From NCBI GenBank assembly GCA_964016885.1, contig OZ024740.1, forward strand, positions 4,588,001 through 4,652,000: DNA of 64,000 bases. Reading direction: 5' to 3'. This DNA is from Eledone cirrhosa. Its lineage: Eukaryota. Each line of letters opens with the position of its first letter. Position 1 is the first letter of the stretch. A program made the translations under genes and the position numbers. Below, piece by piece: positions 12,001-24,000 of this stretch. The notes beneath the pieces are model-generated. The model saw nothing but the letters and a program-made list of their open reading frames with translations. It had not been told where the DNA came from and ran no database searches.

Positions 12001-15000
12001 AGACCTGGTTGTGTGGGTTAGAAGGTTTCACTAGAGGGAACAGACCTGGTTGTGTGGGTTAGAAGGTTTCACTAGAGGGAACAGAGATGGTTGTGTGGGT
12101 TAGAAGGTTTCACTAGAGGGAACAGAGCTGGTTGTGTGGGTTAGAAGGTTTCACTAGAGGGAGCAGAGCTGGTTGTGTGGGTTAGAAGGTTTCATTAGAG
12201 GGAACAGAGCTGGTTGTGTGGGTTAGAAGGTTTCACTAGAGGGAACAGAGATGGTTGTGTGGGTTAGAAGGTTTCACTAGAGGAGGCAGAGCTGGTTGTG
12301 TGGGATAGAAGGTTTCACTAGAGGGAATAGAGCTGGTTGTGTGGGTTAGAAGGTTTCAATAGAGGGAACTGGTTGTGTTGGTTAGAGGTTTCACTAGAGG
12401 GAGCAGAGCTGGTTGTGTGGGTTAGGTTTCACTAGAGGGAACAGCTGGTTGTGTGGGTTAGAAGATTTCACTAGATGGAGCAGAGCTGGTTGTGTGGGTT
12501 AGAAGGTTTCACCAGAGGGAACAGAGCTTATTGTATGGGTTAGAAGGTTTCACTGGAGGGAACAGAGCTGGTTGTGTGGGTTAGAACGTTTCACTAGAGG
12601 GAGCAGAGCTGGTTGTGGGGGTTAGAAGGTTTCACTAGGGAGACAGAGCTGGTTGTGTGGGTTAGAAGGTTTCACTAGAGGGAACAGAGCTCGTTGTGTG
12701 GGTTAGAAGGTTTCACTAGAGGGTGCAGAGCTTGTTGTGTGGGTTAGAAGGTTTTACTAGAGGGAACAGAGCTTGTTGTGTGGGTTAGAAGGTTTCACTA
12801 GAGGGAACAGAGCTGGTTGTGTGGGTTAGAAGTTTTCACTAGAGGCAACAGAGCTGGTTGTGTGGGTTAGAAGGTTTCGCTAGAGGGAGCAGAGCTGGTT
12901 GTGTGGGTTAGAAGGTTTCACTAGAGGGAACAGAGCTTGTTGCATAGGTTAGAAGGTTTCACTAGAGGGAACAGAGCTGGTTGTGTGGGTTAGAAGGTTT
13001 CACTAGAGGGAACAGAGCTTGATGTGTGGGTTAGAAGGTTTCACTAGACGGAACAGAGCTGGTTGTGTGGGTTAGAACGTTTCACTAGAGAGAGCAGAGC
13101 TTGTTGTGTGGGTTAGAAGGTTTCTATATATAACTAGAGGGAACAGAGCTGGTTGTGCGGGTTAGAAGATTTCACTAGAGGGATCAGTGCTGTTTGTGTG
13201 GGTTAGAAGGTTTCACTAAAGGGAACAGAGCTGGTTGTGTGGGTTAGAAGGTTTCACCAGAGGAAACAGATCTGGTTGTGTGGGTTAGAAGGTTTCACTA
13301 GAGGGAACAGTGCTGGTATTGTGGGTTAGAAAGTTTCACTAGAGGGAGCAGAGCTTGTTGTGTGGGTTAGAAGGTTTCTATATATAACTAGATGGAACAG
13401 AGCTGGTTGTGTGGGATAGAAGATTTCACTAGAGGGAGCAGTGCTGTTTGTGTGGGTTAGAAGGTTTCACTAGAGGGAACAGAGCTGGTTGTGTGGGTTA
13501 GAAGTTTTCACTAGAGGCAACAGAGCTGGTTGTGTGGGTTAGAAGGTTTCGCTAGAGGGAGCAGAGCTGGTTGTGTGTTGTTAGAATGTTTCACTAGAGG
13601 TAACATTGCTGGTTGTGTGGGTTAGAAGGTTTCATTAGAGGGAACAGAGCTGGTTGTGTGGGTTTGAAAGTTTCACTAGAGGGAGCAGAGCTGGTTGTGT
13701 GGGTTAGAAAGTTTCACTAGAGGGAACAGAGCTGGTTGTGTGGGTTAGAAGGTTTCACTAGAGGGAACAGAGCTGGTTGTGTGGGTTAGAAGGTTTCACT
13801 AGAGGGAACAGACCTGTTTGTGTGGGTTAGAAGGTTTCACTAGAGGGAACAGAGCTGGTTGTGTGGGTTAGAAGGTTTCACTAGAGGCAACAGAGCTGGT
13901 TGTCTGGGTTAGAAGATTTCACTAGATGGAGCAGAGGTGGTTGTGTGTTGTTAGAAGGTTTCACTAGAGGGAACAGAGCTGGTTGTGTGGGTTAGAAGGG
14001 TTCACTAGAGGGAACAGAGTTGGTTGTATGGGTTAGAAGGTTTCACTAGAGGGAGCAGAGCTGGTTGTGTTGGTTCGAAGGTTTAACTAGAGGGAACAGA
14101 CCTGTTTGTGTGGGTTAGAACGTTTCACTAGAGGGAACAGAGCTGGTTGTGTGGGTTAGAAGGTTTCACTAGAGGGAACAGACCTGGTTGTGTGGGTTAG
14201 AACGTTTCACTAGAGGGAACAGAGCTTGTTGTGTGGTTTACAAGGTTTCACTAGAGGGAACAGAGCTTGTGTGGGTTAGAAGGTTTAACTAGAGGGAACA
14301 GAGCTTGTTGTGTGGATTAGAAGGTTTCACTAGAGGGAGCAGAGCTTGTTGTGTGGGTTAGAAGGTTTCACTAGAGGGAGCAGAGCTGGTTGTGTGGGTT
14401 AGAAGGTTTCACTAGAGGGAACAGAGCTGGTTGTGTGGGTTAGAAGTTTTCACTAGAGGCAACAGAGCTGGTTGTGTGGGTTAGAAGGTTTCGCTAGAGG
14501 GAGCAGAGCTGGTTGTGTGTTGTTAGAATGTTTCACTAGAGGTAACATTGCTGGTTGTGTGGGTTAGAAGGTTTCACTAGAGGGAACAGAGCTGGTTGTG
14601 TGGGTTAGAAAGTTTCACTAGAGGGAGCAGAGCTGGTTGTGTGGGTTAGAAAGTTTCACTAGAGGGAACAGAGCTGGTTGTGTGGGTTAGAAGGTTTCAC
14701 TAGAGGGAACAGAGCTGGTTGTGTGGGTTAGAAGGTTTCACTAGAGGGAACAGAGCTTGTTGTGTGGGTTAGAAGGTTTCACTAGAGGGACAAGAGCTGG
14801 TTGTGTGGGTTGGAAGGTTTCACTAGAAGGAGCAGAGCTGGTTGTCTGGGTTAGAAGATTTCACTAGAGGGAGCCGAGCTTGTTGTGTGGGTTAGAAGGT
14901 TTCACCAGAGGGAACAGAGCTTGTTGTATTGGTTAGAAGGTTTCACTAGAGAGAACAGAGCTGGTTGTGTTGGTTAGAAGGTTTAACTAGAGGCAACAGA

Positions 15001-18000
15001 GCTGTTTGTGTGGGTTAGAAGGTTTCACTAGATGGAACAGAGCTGGTTGTGTGGGTTAGAATGTTTCACTAGAGGGAGCAGAGCTGGTTGTGTGGGTTAG
15101 AAGGTTTCACTAGAGGGAACAGAGCTTGTTGTGTGGGTTAGAAGGTTTCACTAGAGGGAGCAGAGCTTGTTGTGTGGGTTAGAAGGTTTCACTAGAGGGA
15201 GCAGAGCTGGTTGTGTGGGTTAGAAGGTTTCACTAGAGGGAACAGAGCTGGTTGTGTGGGTTAGAAGATTTCACCAGAGGGAACAGAGATGGTTGTGTGG
15301 GTTAGAAAGTTTCACTAGAGGGAGCCGAGCTTGTTGTGTGGGTTAGAAGGTTTCACCAGAGGGAACAGAGCTTGTTGTATTGGTTAGAAGGTTTCACTAG
15401 AGAGAACAGAGCTGGTTGTGTTTGTTAGAAGGTTTCACTAGAGGCAACAGAGCTGTTTGTGTGGGTTAGAAGGTTTCACTAGATGGAACAGAGCTGGTTG
15501 TGTGGGTTAGAATGTTTCACTAGAGGGAGCAGAGCTGGTTGTGTGGGTTAGAAGGTTTCACTAGAGGGAACAGAGCTGGTTGTGTGGGTTAGAAGGCTTA
15601 ACTAGACGGAACAGAGCTGGTTGTGTGTGTTAGAAGTTTTCACGAGAAGGAACAGAGCTTGTTGTGTGGGTTAGAAGGTTTCACTAGAGGGAACAGAGCT
15701 GGTTGTGTGGGCTAGAAGGTTTCACTAGTAGGAACAGAGCTGGTTGTGTGGGTTAGAAGGTTTCACTAGAGGCAACAGAGCTGGTTGTGTGGGTTAGAAG
15801 GTTTCACTAGAGGGACAGTGCTGGTTGTGTGGGTTAGAAGGTTTCGCTAGAGGGAACAGAGCTGGTTTTGTCGGTTAGAAGATTTCACTAGAGGGACAGT
15901 GGTGGTCGTGTGGGTTAGAAGGTTTCACTAGAGGGAACAGAGCTGGTTGTGTGGGTTAGAAGGTTTCACTAGAGGGAACAGAGCTGGTTGTGTGGGTTAG
16001 AAGGTTTCACTAGAGGGAGCAGTGCTGGTTGTGTGGGTTAGAAGGTTTCACTAGAGGCAACAGAGCTGGTTGTGTGGGTTAGAAGGTTTCACTAGAGGGA
16101 ACAGAGCTGGTTGTGTGGGTTAGAAGGTTTAACTAGAGGGAGCAGTGCTGGTTGTGTGGGTTGGAAGGTTTCACTAGAGGGAACAGAGCTGGTTGTGTGG
16201 GTTAGAAGGTTTCACTAGAGGGAGCAGTGCTGGTTGTGTTGGTTAGAAGATTTCACTAGAGGGAGCAGTGCTGGTTGTGTGGGTTAGGAGGTTTCACTAG
16301 AGGGAACAGAGCTGGTTGTGTGGGTTAGAAGGTTTCACTAGAGGGAACAAAGCTGGTTGTGTGGGTTAGAAGGTTTCACTAGAGGGAGCAGTGCTGGTTG
16401 TGTGGGTTAGAAGGTTTCACTAGAGGGAACAGAGCTGGTTGTGTCGGTTAGAAGATTTCACTAGAGGGAGCAGTGCTGGTTGTGTGGGCTAGAAGGTTTC
16501 ACTAGAGGGAGCAGAGCTTGTTGTGTGGGTTAGAAGGTTTCACTAGAGGGAACAGAGCTGGTTGTGTGGGTTAGAAGGTTTCACCAGAAGGAACAGACCT
16601 GATTGTGTTGGTTAGAAGGTTTCACTAGAGGGAACAGACCTGTTTGTGTGGGTTAGAACGTTTCACTAGAGGGAACAGAGCTGGTTGTGTGGGTTAGAAG
16701 GTTTCACTAGAGGGAACAGAGCTGGTTGTGTGGGCTAGAAGGTTTCACTAGTAGGAACAGAGCTGGTTGTGTGGGTTAGAAGGTTTCACTAGAGGCAACA
16801 GAGCTGGTTGTGTGGGTTAGAAGGTTTCACTAGAGGGAGCAGAGCTTGTTGTGTGGGTTAGAAGGTTTCACTAGAGGGAACAGAGCTGGTTGTGTGGGTT
16901 AGAAGGTTTCACCAGAAGGAACAGACCTGCTTGTGTTGGTTAGAAGGTTTTACTAACTAGAGGGAACAGACCTGTTTGTGTGGGTTAGAACGTTTCACTA
17001 GAGGGAACAGAGCTGGTTGTGTGGGTTAGAAGGTTTCACTAGAGGGAACAGAGCTGGTTGTGTGGGCTAGAAGGTTTCACTAGTAGGAACAGAGCTGGTT
17101 GTGTGGGTTAGAAGGTTTCACTAGAGGCAACAGAGCTGGTTGTGTGGGTTAGAAGGTTTCACTAGAGGGACAGTGCTGGTTGTGTGGGTTAGAAGGTTTC
17201 ACTAGAGGGAACAGAGCTGGTTTTGTCGGTTAGAAGATTTCACTAGAGGGACAGTGGTGGTCGTGTGGGTTAGAAGGTTTCACTAGAGGGAACAGAGCTG
17301 GTTGTGTGGGTTAGAAGGTTTCACTAGAGGGAACAGAGCTGGTTGTGTGGGTTAGAAGGTTTCACTAGAGGGAGCAGTGCTGGTTGTGTGGGTTAGAAGG
17401 TTTCACTAGAGGGAACAGAGCTGGTTGTGTGGGTTAGAAGGTTTCACTAGAGGGAACAGAGCTGGTTGTGTGGGTTAGAAGGTTTAACTAGAGGGAGCAG
17501 TGCTGGTTGTGTGGGTTAGAAGGTTTCACTAGAGGGAACAGAGCTGGTTGTGTGGGTTAGAAGGTTTCACTAGAGGGAGCAGTGCTGGTTGTGTGGGTTA
17601 GAAGATTTCACTAGAGGGAGCAGTGCTGGTTGTGTGGGTTAGAAGGTTTCACTAGAGGGAACAGAGCTGGTTGTGTGGGTTAGAAGGTTTCACTAGAGGG
17701 AACAAAGCTGGTTGTGTGGGTTAGAAGGTTTCACTAGAGGGAGCAGTGCTGGTTGTGTGGGTTAGAAGGTTTCACTAGAGGGAACAGAGCTGGTTGTGTC
17801 GGTTAGAAGATTTCACTAGAGGGAGCAGTGCTGGTTGTGTGGGTTAGAAGGTTTCACTAGAGGGAACAGAGCTGGTTGTGTGGGTTAGAAGGTTTCACTA
17901 GAGGGAACAGACCTGTTTGTGTGGGTTAGAACGTTTCACTAGAGGGAACAGAGCTGGTTGTGTGGGTTAGAAGGTTTCACTAGAGGGAACAGACCTGGTT

Positions 18001-21000
18001 GTGTGGGTTAGAACGTTTCCCTAGAGGGAACAGACCCGGTTGAGTGGGTTAGAAGGTTTCACTAGAGGGAACAGAGCTGGTTGTGTGGGTTAGAAGGTTT
18101 CACTAGAGGGAACAGAGCTGGTTGTGTGGGTTAGAAGGTTTCACTAGAGGGAGCAGTGCTGGTTGTGTGGGTTAGAAGGTTTCACTAGAGGCAACAGAGC
18201 TGGTTGTGTGGGTTAGAAGGTTTCACTAGAGGGAACAGAGCTGGTTGTGTGGGTTAGAAGGTTTAACTAGAGGGAACAGTGCTGGTTGTGTGGGTTAGAA
18301 GGTTTCACTAGAGGGAACAGAGCTGGTTGTGTGGGTTAGAAGGTTTCACTAGAGGGAGCAGTGCTGGTTGTGTTGGTTAGAAGATTTCACTAGAGGGAGC
18401 AGTGCTGGTTGTGTGGGTTAGAAGGTTTCACTAGAGGGAACAGAGCTGGTTGTGTGGGTTAGAAGGTTTCACTAGAGGGAACAAAGCTGGTTGTGTGGGT
18501 TAGAAGGTTTCACTAGAGGGAGCAGTGCTGGTTGTGTGGGTTAGAAGGTTTCACTAGAGGGAACAGAGCTGGTTGTGTCGGTTAGAAGATTTCACTAGAG
18601 GGAGCAGTGCTGGTTGTGTGGGCTAGAAGGTTTCACTAGAGGGAGCAGAGCTTGTTGTGTGGGTTAGAAGGTTTCACTAGAGGGAACAGAGCTGGTTGTG
18701 TGGGTTAGAAGGTTTCACCAGAAGGAACAGACCTGCTTGTGTTGGTTAGAAGGTTTCACTAGAGGGAACAGACCTGTTTGTGTGGGTTAGAACGTTTCAC
18801 TAGAGGGAACAGAGCTGGTTGTGTGGGTTAGAAGGTTTCACTAGAGGCAACAGAGCTGGTTGTCTGGGTTAGAAGATTTCACTAGATGGAGCAGAGGTGG
18901 TTGTGTGTTGTTAGAAGGTTTCACTAGAGGGAACAGAGCTGGTTGTGTGGGTTAGAAGGGTTCACTAGAGGGAACAGAGTTGGTTGTATGGGTTAGAAGG
19001 TTTCACTAGAGGGAGCAGAGCTGGTTGTGTTGGTTCGAAGGTTTAACTAGAGGGAACAGACCTGTTTGTGTGGGTTAGAACGTTTCACTAGAGGGAACAG
19101 AGCTGGTTGTGTGGGTTAGAAGGTTTCACTAGAGGGAACAGACCTGGTTGTGTGGGTTAGAACGTTTCACTAGAGGGAACAGAGCTTGTTGTGTGGTTTA
19201 CAAGGTTTCACTAGAGGGAACAGAGCTTGTGTGGGTTAGAAGGTTTAACTAGAGGGAACAGAGCTCGTTGTGTGGGTTAGAAGGTTTCACTAGAGGGAGC
19301 AGAGCTTGTTGTGTGGGTTAGAAGGTTTCACTAGAGGGAGCAGAGCTGGTTGTGTGGGTTAGAAGGTTTCACTAGAGGGAACAGAGCTGGTTGTGTGGGT
19401 TAGAAGTTTTCACTAGAGGCAACAGAGCTGGTTGTGTGGGTTAGAAGGTTTCGCTAGAGGGAGCAGAGCTGGTTGTGTGTTGTTAGAATGTTTCACTAGA
19501 GGTAACATTGCTGGTTGTGTGGGTTAGAAGGTTTCACTAGAGGGAACAGAGCTGGTTGTGTGGGTTAGAAAGTTTCACTAGAGGGAGCAGAGCTGGTTGT
19601 GTGGGTTAGAAAGTTTCACTAGAGGGAACAGAGCTGGTTGTGTGGGTTAGAAGGTTTCACTAGAGGGAACAGAGCTGGTTGTGTGGGTTAGAAGGTTTCA
19701 CTAGAGGGAACAGACCTGTTTGTGTGGGTTAGAAGGTTTCACTAGAGGGAACAGAGCTGGTTGTGTGGGTTAGAAGGTTTCACTAGAGGCAACAGAGCTG
19801 GTTGTCTGGGTTAGAAGATTTCACTAGAGGGAGCCGAGCTTGTTGTGTGGGTTAGAAGGTTTCACCAGAGGGAACAGAGCTTGTTGTATTGGTTAGAAGG
19901 TTTCACTAGAGAGAACAGAGCTGGTTGTGTTGGTTAGAAGGTTTCACTAGAGGCAACAGAGCTGTTTGTGTGGGTTAGAAGGTTTCACTAGATGGAACAG
20001 AGCTGGTTGTGTGGGTTAGAATGTTTCACTAGAGGGAGCAGAGCTGGTTGTGTGGGTTAGAAGGTTTCACTAGAGGGAACAGAGCTTGTTGTGTGGGTTA
20101 GAAGGTTTCACTAGAGGGAGCAGAGCTTGTTGTGTGGGTTAGAAGGTTTAACTAGAGGGAGCAGAGCTGGTTGTGTGGGTTAGAAGGTTTCACTAGAGGG
20201 AACAGAGCTGGTTGTGTGGGTTAGAAGATTTCACCAGAGGGAACAGAGATGGTTGTGTGGGTTAGAAAGTTTCACTAGAGGGAGCCGAGCTTGTTGTGTG
20301 GGTTAGAAGGTTTCACCAGAGGGAACAGAGCTTGTTGTATTGGTTAGAAGGTTTCACTAGAGAGAACAGAGCTGGTTGTGTTGGTTAGAAGGTTTCACTA
20401 GAGGCAACAGAGCTGTTTGTGTGGGTTAGAAGGTTTCACTAGATGGAACAGAGCTGGTTGTGTGGGTTAGAATGTTTCACTAGAGGGAGCAGAGCTGGTT
20501 GTGTGGGTTAGAAGGTTTCACTAGAGGGAACAGAGCTGGTTGTGTGGGTTAGAAGGCTTAACTAGACGGAACAGAGCTGGTTGTGTGTGTTAGAAGTTTT
20601 CACGAGAAGGAACAGAGCTTGTTGTGTGGGTTAGAAGGTTTCACTAGAGTGAACAGAGCTGGTTGTGTGGGCTAGAAGGTTTCACTAGTAGGAACAGAGC
20701 TGGTTGTGTGGGTTAGAAGGTTTCACTAGAGGCAACAGAGCTGGTTGTGTGGGTTAGAAGGTATCACTAGAGGGACAGTGCTGGTTGTGTGGGTTAGAAG
20801 GTTTCGCTAGAGGGAACAGAGCTGGTTTTGTCGGTTAGAAGATTTCACTAGAGGGACAGTGGTGGTCGTGTGGGTTAGAAGGTTTCACTAGAGGGAACAG
20901 AGCTGGTTGTGTGGGTTAGAAGGTTTCACTAGAGGGAACAGAGCTGGTTGTGTGGGTTAGAAGGTTTCACTAGAGGGAGCAGTGCTGGTTGTGTGGGTTA

Positions 21001-24000
21001 GAAGGTTTCACTAGAGGCAACAGAGCTGGTTGTGTGGGTTAGAAGGTTTCACTAGAGGGAACAGAGCTGGTTGTGTGGGTTAGAAGGTTTAACTAGAGGG
21101 AGCAGTGCTGGTTGTGTGGGTTAGAAGGTTTCACTAGAGGGAACAGAGCTGGTTGTGTGGGTTAGAAGGTTTCACTAGAGGGAGCAGTGCTGGTTGTGTT
21201 GGTTAGAAGATTTCACTAGAGGGAGCAGTGCTGGTTGTGTGGGTTAGAAGGTTTCACTAGAGGGAACAGAGCTGGTTGTGTGGGTTAGAAGGTTTCACTA
21301 GAGGGAACAAAGCTGGTTGTGTGGGTTAGAAGGTTTCACTAGAGGGAGCAGTGCTGGTTGTGTGGGTTAGAAGGTTTCACTAGAGGGAACAGAGCTGGAT
21401 GTGTCGGTTAGAAGATTTCACTAGAGGCAGCAGTGCTGGTTGTGTGGGCTAGAAGGTTTCACTAGAGGGAGCAGAGCTTGTTGTGTGGGTTAGAAGGTTT
21501 CACTAGAGGGAACAGAGCTGGTTGTGTGGGTTAGAAGGTTTCACCAGAAGGAACAGACCTGCTTGTGTTGGTTAGAATGTTTCACTAGAGGGAACAGACC
21601 TGTTTGTGTGGGTTAGAACGTTTCACTAGAGGGAACAGAGCTGGTTGTGTGGGTTAGAAGGTTTCACTAGAGGGAACAGAGCTGGTTGTGTGGGCTAGAA
21701 GGTTTCACTAGTAGGAACAGAGCTGGTTGTGTGGGTTAGAAGGTTTCACTAGAGGCAACAGAGCTGGTTGTGTGGGTTAGAAGGTTTCACTAGAGGGAGC
21801 AGAGCTTGTTGTGTGGGTTAGAAGGTTTCACTAGAGGGAACAGAGCTGGTTGTGTGGGTTAGAAGGTTTCACCAGAAGGAACAGACCTGCTTGTGTTGGT
21901 TAGAAGATTTTACTAACTAGAGGGAACAGACCTGTTTGTGTGGGTTAGAACGTTTCACTAGAGGGAACAGAGCTGGTTGTGTGGGTTAGAAGGTTTCACT
22001 AGAGGGAACAGAGCTGGTTGTGTGGGCTAGAAGGTTTCACTAGTAGGAACAGAGCTGGTTGTGTGGGTTAGAAGGTTTCACTAGAGGCAACAGAGCTGGT
22101 TGTGTGGGTTAGAAGGTTTCACTAGAGGGACAGTGCTGGTTGTGTGGGTTAGAAGGTTTCACTAGAGGGAACAGAGCTGGTTTTGTCGGTTAGAAGATTT
22201 CACTAGAGGGACAGTGGTGGTCGTGTGGGTTAGAAGGTTTCACTAGTAGGAACAGAGCTGGTTGTGTGGGTTAGAAGGTTTCACTAGAGGCAACAGAGCT
22301 GGTTGTGTGGGTTAGAAGGTTTCACTAGAGGGACAGTGCTGGTTGTGTGGGTTAGAACGTTTCACTAGAGGGAACAGAGCTGGTTGTGTGGGTTAGAAGG
22401 TTTCACTAGAGGCAACAGAGCTGGTTGTCTGGGTTAGAAGATTTCACTAGATGGAGCAGAGGTGGTTGTGTGTTGTTAGAAGGTTTCACTAGAGGGAACA
22501 GAGCTGGTTGTGTGGGTTAGAAGGGTTCACTAGAGGGAACAGAGTTGGTTGTTTGGGTTAGAAGGTTTCACTAGAGGGAGCAGAGCTGGTTGTGTTGGTT
22601 CGAAGGTTTAACTAGAGGGAACAGACCTGTTTGTGTGGGTTAGAACGTTTCACTAGAGGGAACAGAGCTGGTTGTGTGGGTTAGAAGGTTTCACTAGAGG
22701 GAACAGACCTGGTTGTGTGGGTTAGAACGTTTCACTAGAGGGAACAGAGCTTGTTGTGTGGTTTACAAGGTTTCACTAGAGGGAACAGAGCTTGTGTGGG
22801 TTAGAAGGTTTAACTAGAGGGAACAGAGCTTGTTGTGTGGGTTAGAAGGTTTCACTAGAGGGAGCAGAGCTTGTTGTGTGGGTTAGAAGGTTTCACTAGA
22901 GGGAGCAGAGCTGGTTGTGTGGGTTAGAAGGTTTCACTAGAGGGAACAGAGCTGGTTGTGTGTTGTTAGAATGTTTCACTAGAGGTAACATTGCTGGTTG
23001 TGTGGGTTAGAAGGTTTCACTAGAGGGAACAGAGCTGGTTGTGTGGGTTAGAAAGTTTCACTAGAGGGAGCAGAGCTGGTTGTGTGGGTTAGAAAGTTTC
23101 ACTAGAGGGAACAGAGCTGGTTGTGTGGGTTAGAAGGTTTCACTAGAGGGAACAGAGCTGGTTGTGTGGGTTAGAAGGTTTCACTAGAGGGAACAGACCT
23201 GTTTGTGTGGGTTAGAAGGTTTCACTAGAGGGAACAGAGCTGGTTGTGTGGGTTAGAAGGTTTCACTAGAGGCAACAGAGCTGGTTGTCTGGGTTAGAAG
23301 ATTTCACTAGAGGGAGCCGAGCTTGTTGTGTGGGTTAGAAGGTTTCACCAGAGGGAACAGAGCTTGTTGTATTGGTTAGAAGGTTTCACTAGAGAGAACA
23401 GAGCTGGTTGTGTTGGTTAGAAGGTTTCACTAGAGGCAACAGAGCTGTTTGTGTGGGTTAGAAGGTTTCACTAGATGGAACAGAGCTGGTTGTGTGGGTT
23501 AGAATGTTTCACTAGAGGGAGCAGAGCTGGTTGTGTGGGTTAGAAGGTTTCACTAGAGGGAACAGAGCTTGTTGTGTGGGTTAGAAGGTTTCACTAGAGG
23601 GAGCAGAGCTTGTTGTGTGGGTTAGAAGGTTTCACTAGAGGGAGCAGAGCTGGTTGTGTGGGTTAGAAGGTTTCACTAGAGGGAACAGAGCTGGTTGTGT
23701 GGGTTAGAAGATTTCACCAGAGGGAACAGAGATGGTTGTGTGGGTTAGAAAGTTTCACTAGAGGGAGCCGAGCTTGTTGTGTGGGTTAGAAGGTTTCACC
23801 AGAGGGAACAGAGCTTGTTGTATTGGTTAGAAGGTTTCACTAGAGAGAACAGAGCTGGTTGTGTTGGTTAGAAGGTTTCACTAGAGGCAACAGAGCTGTT
23901 TGTGTGGGTTAGAAGGTTTCACTAGATGGAACAGAGCTGGTTGTGTGGGTTAGAATGTTTCACTAGAGGGAGCAGAGCTGGTTGTGTGGGTTAGAAGGTT

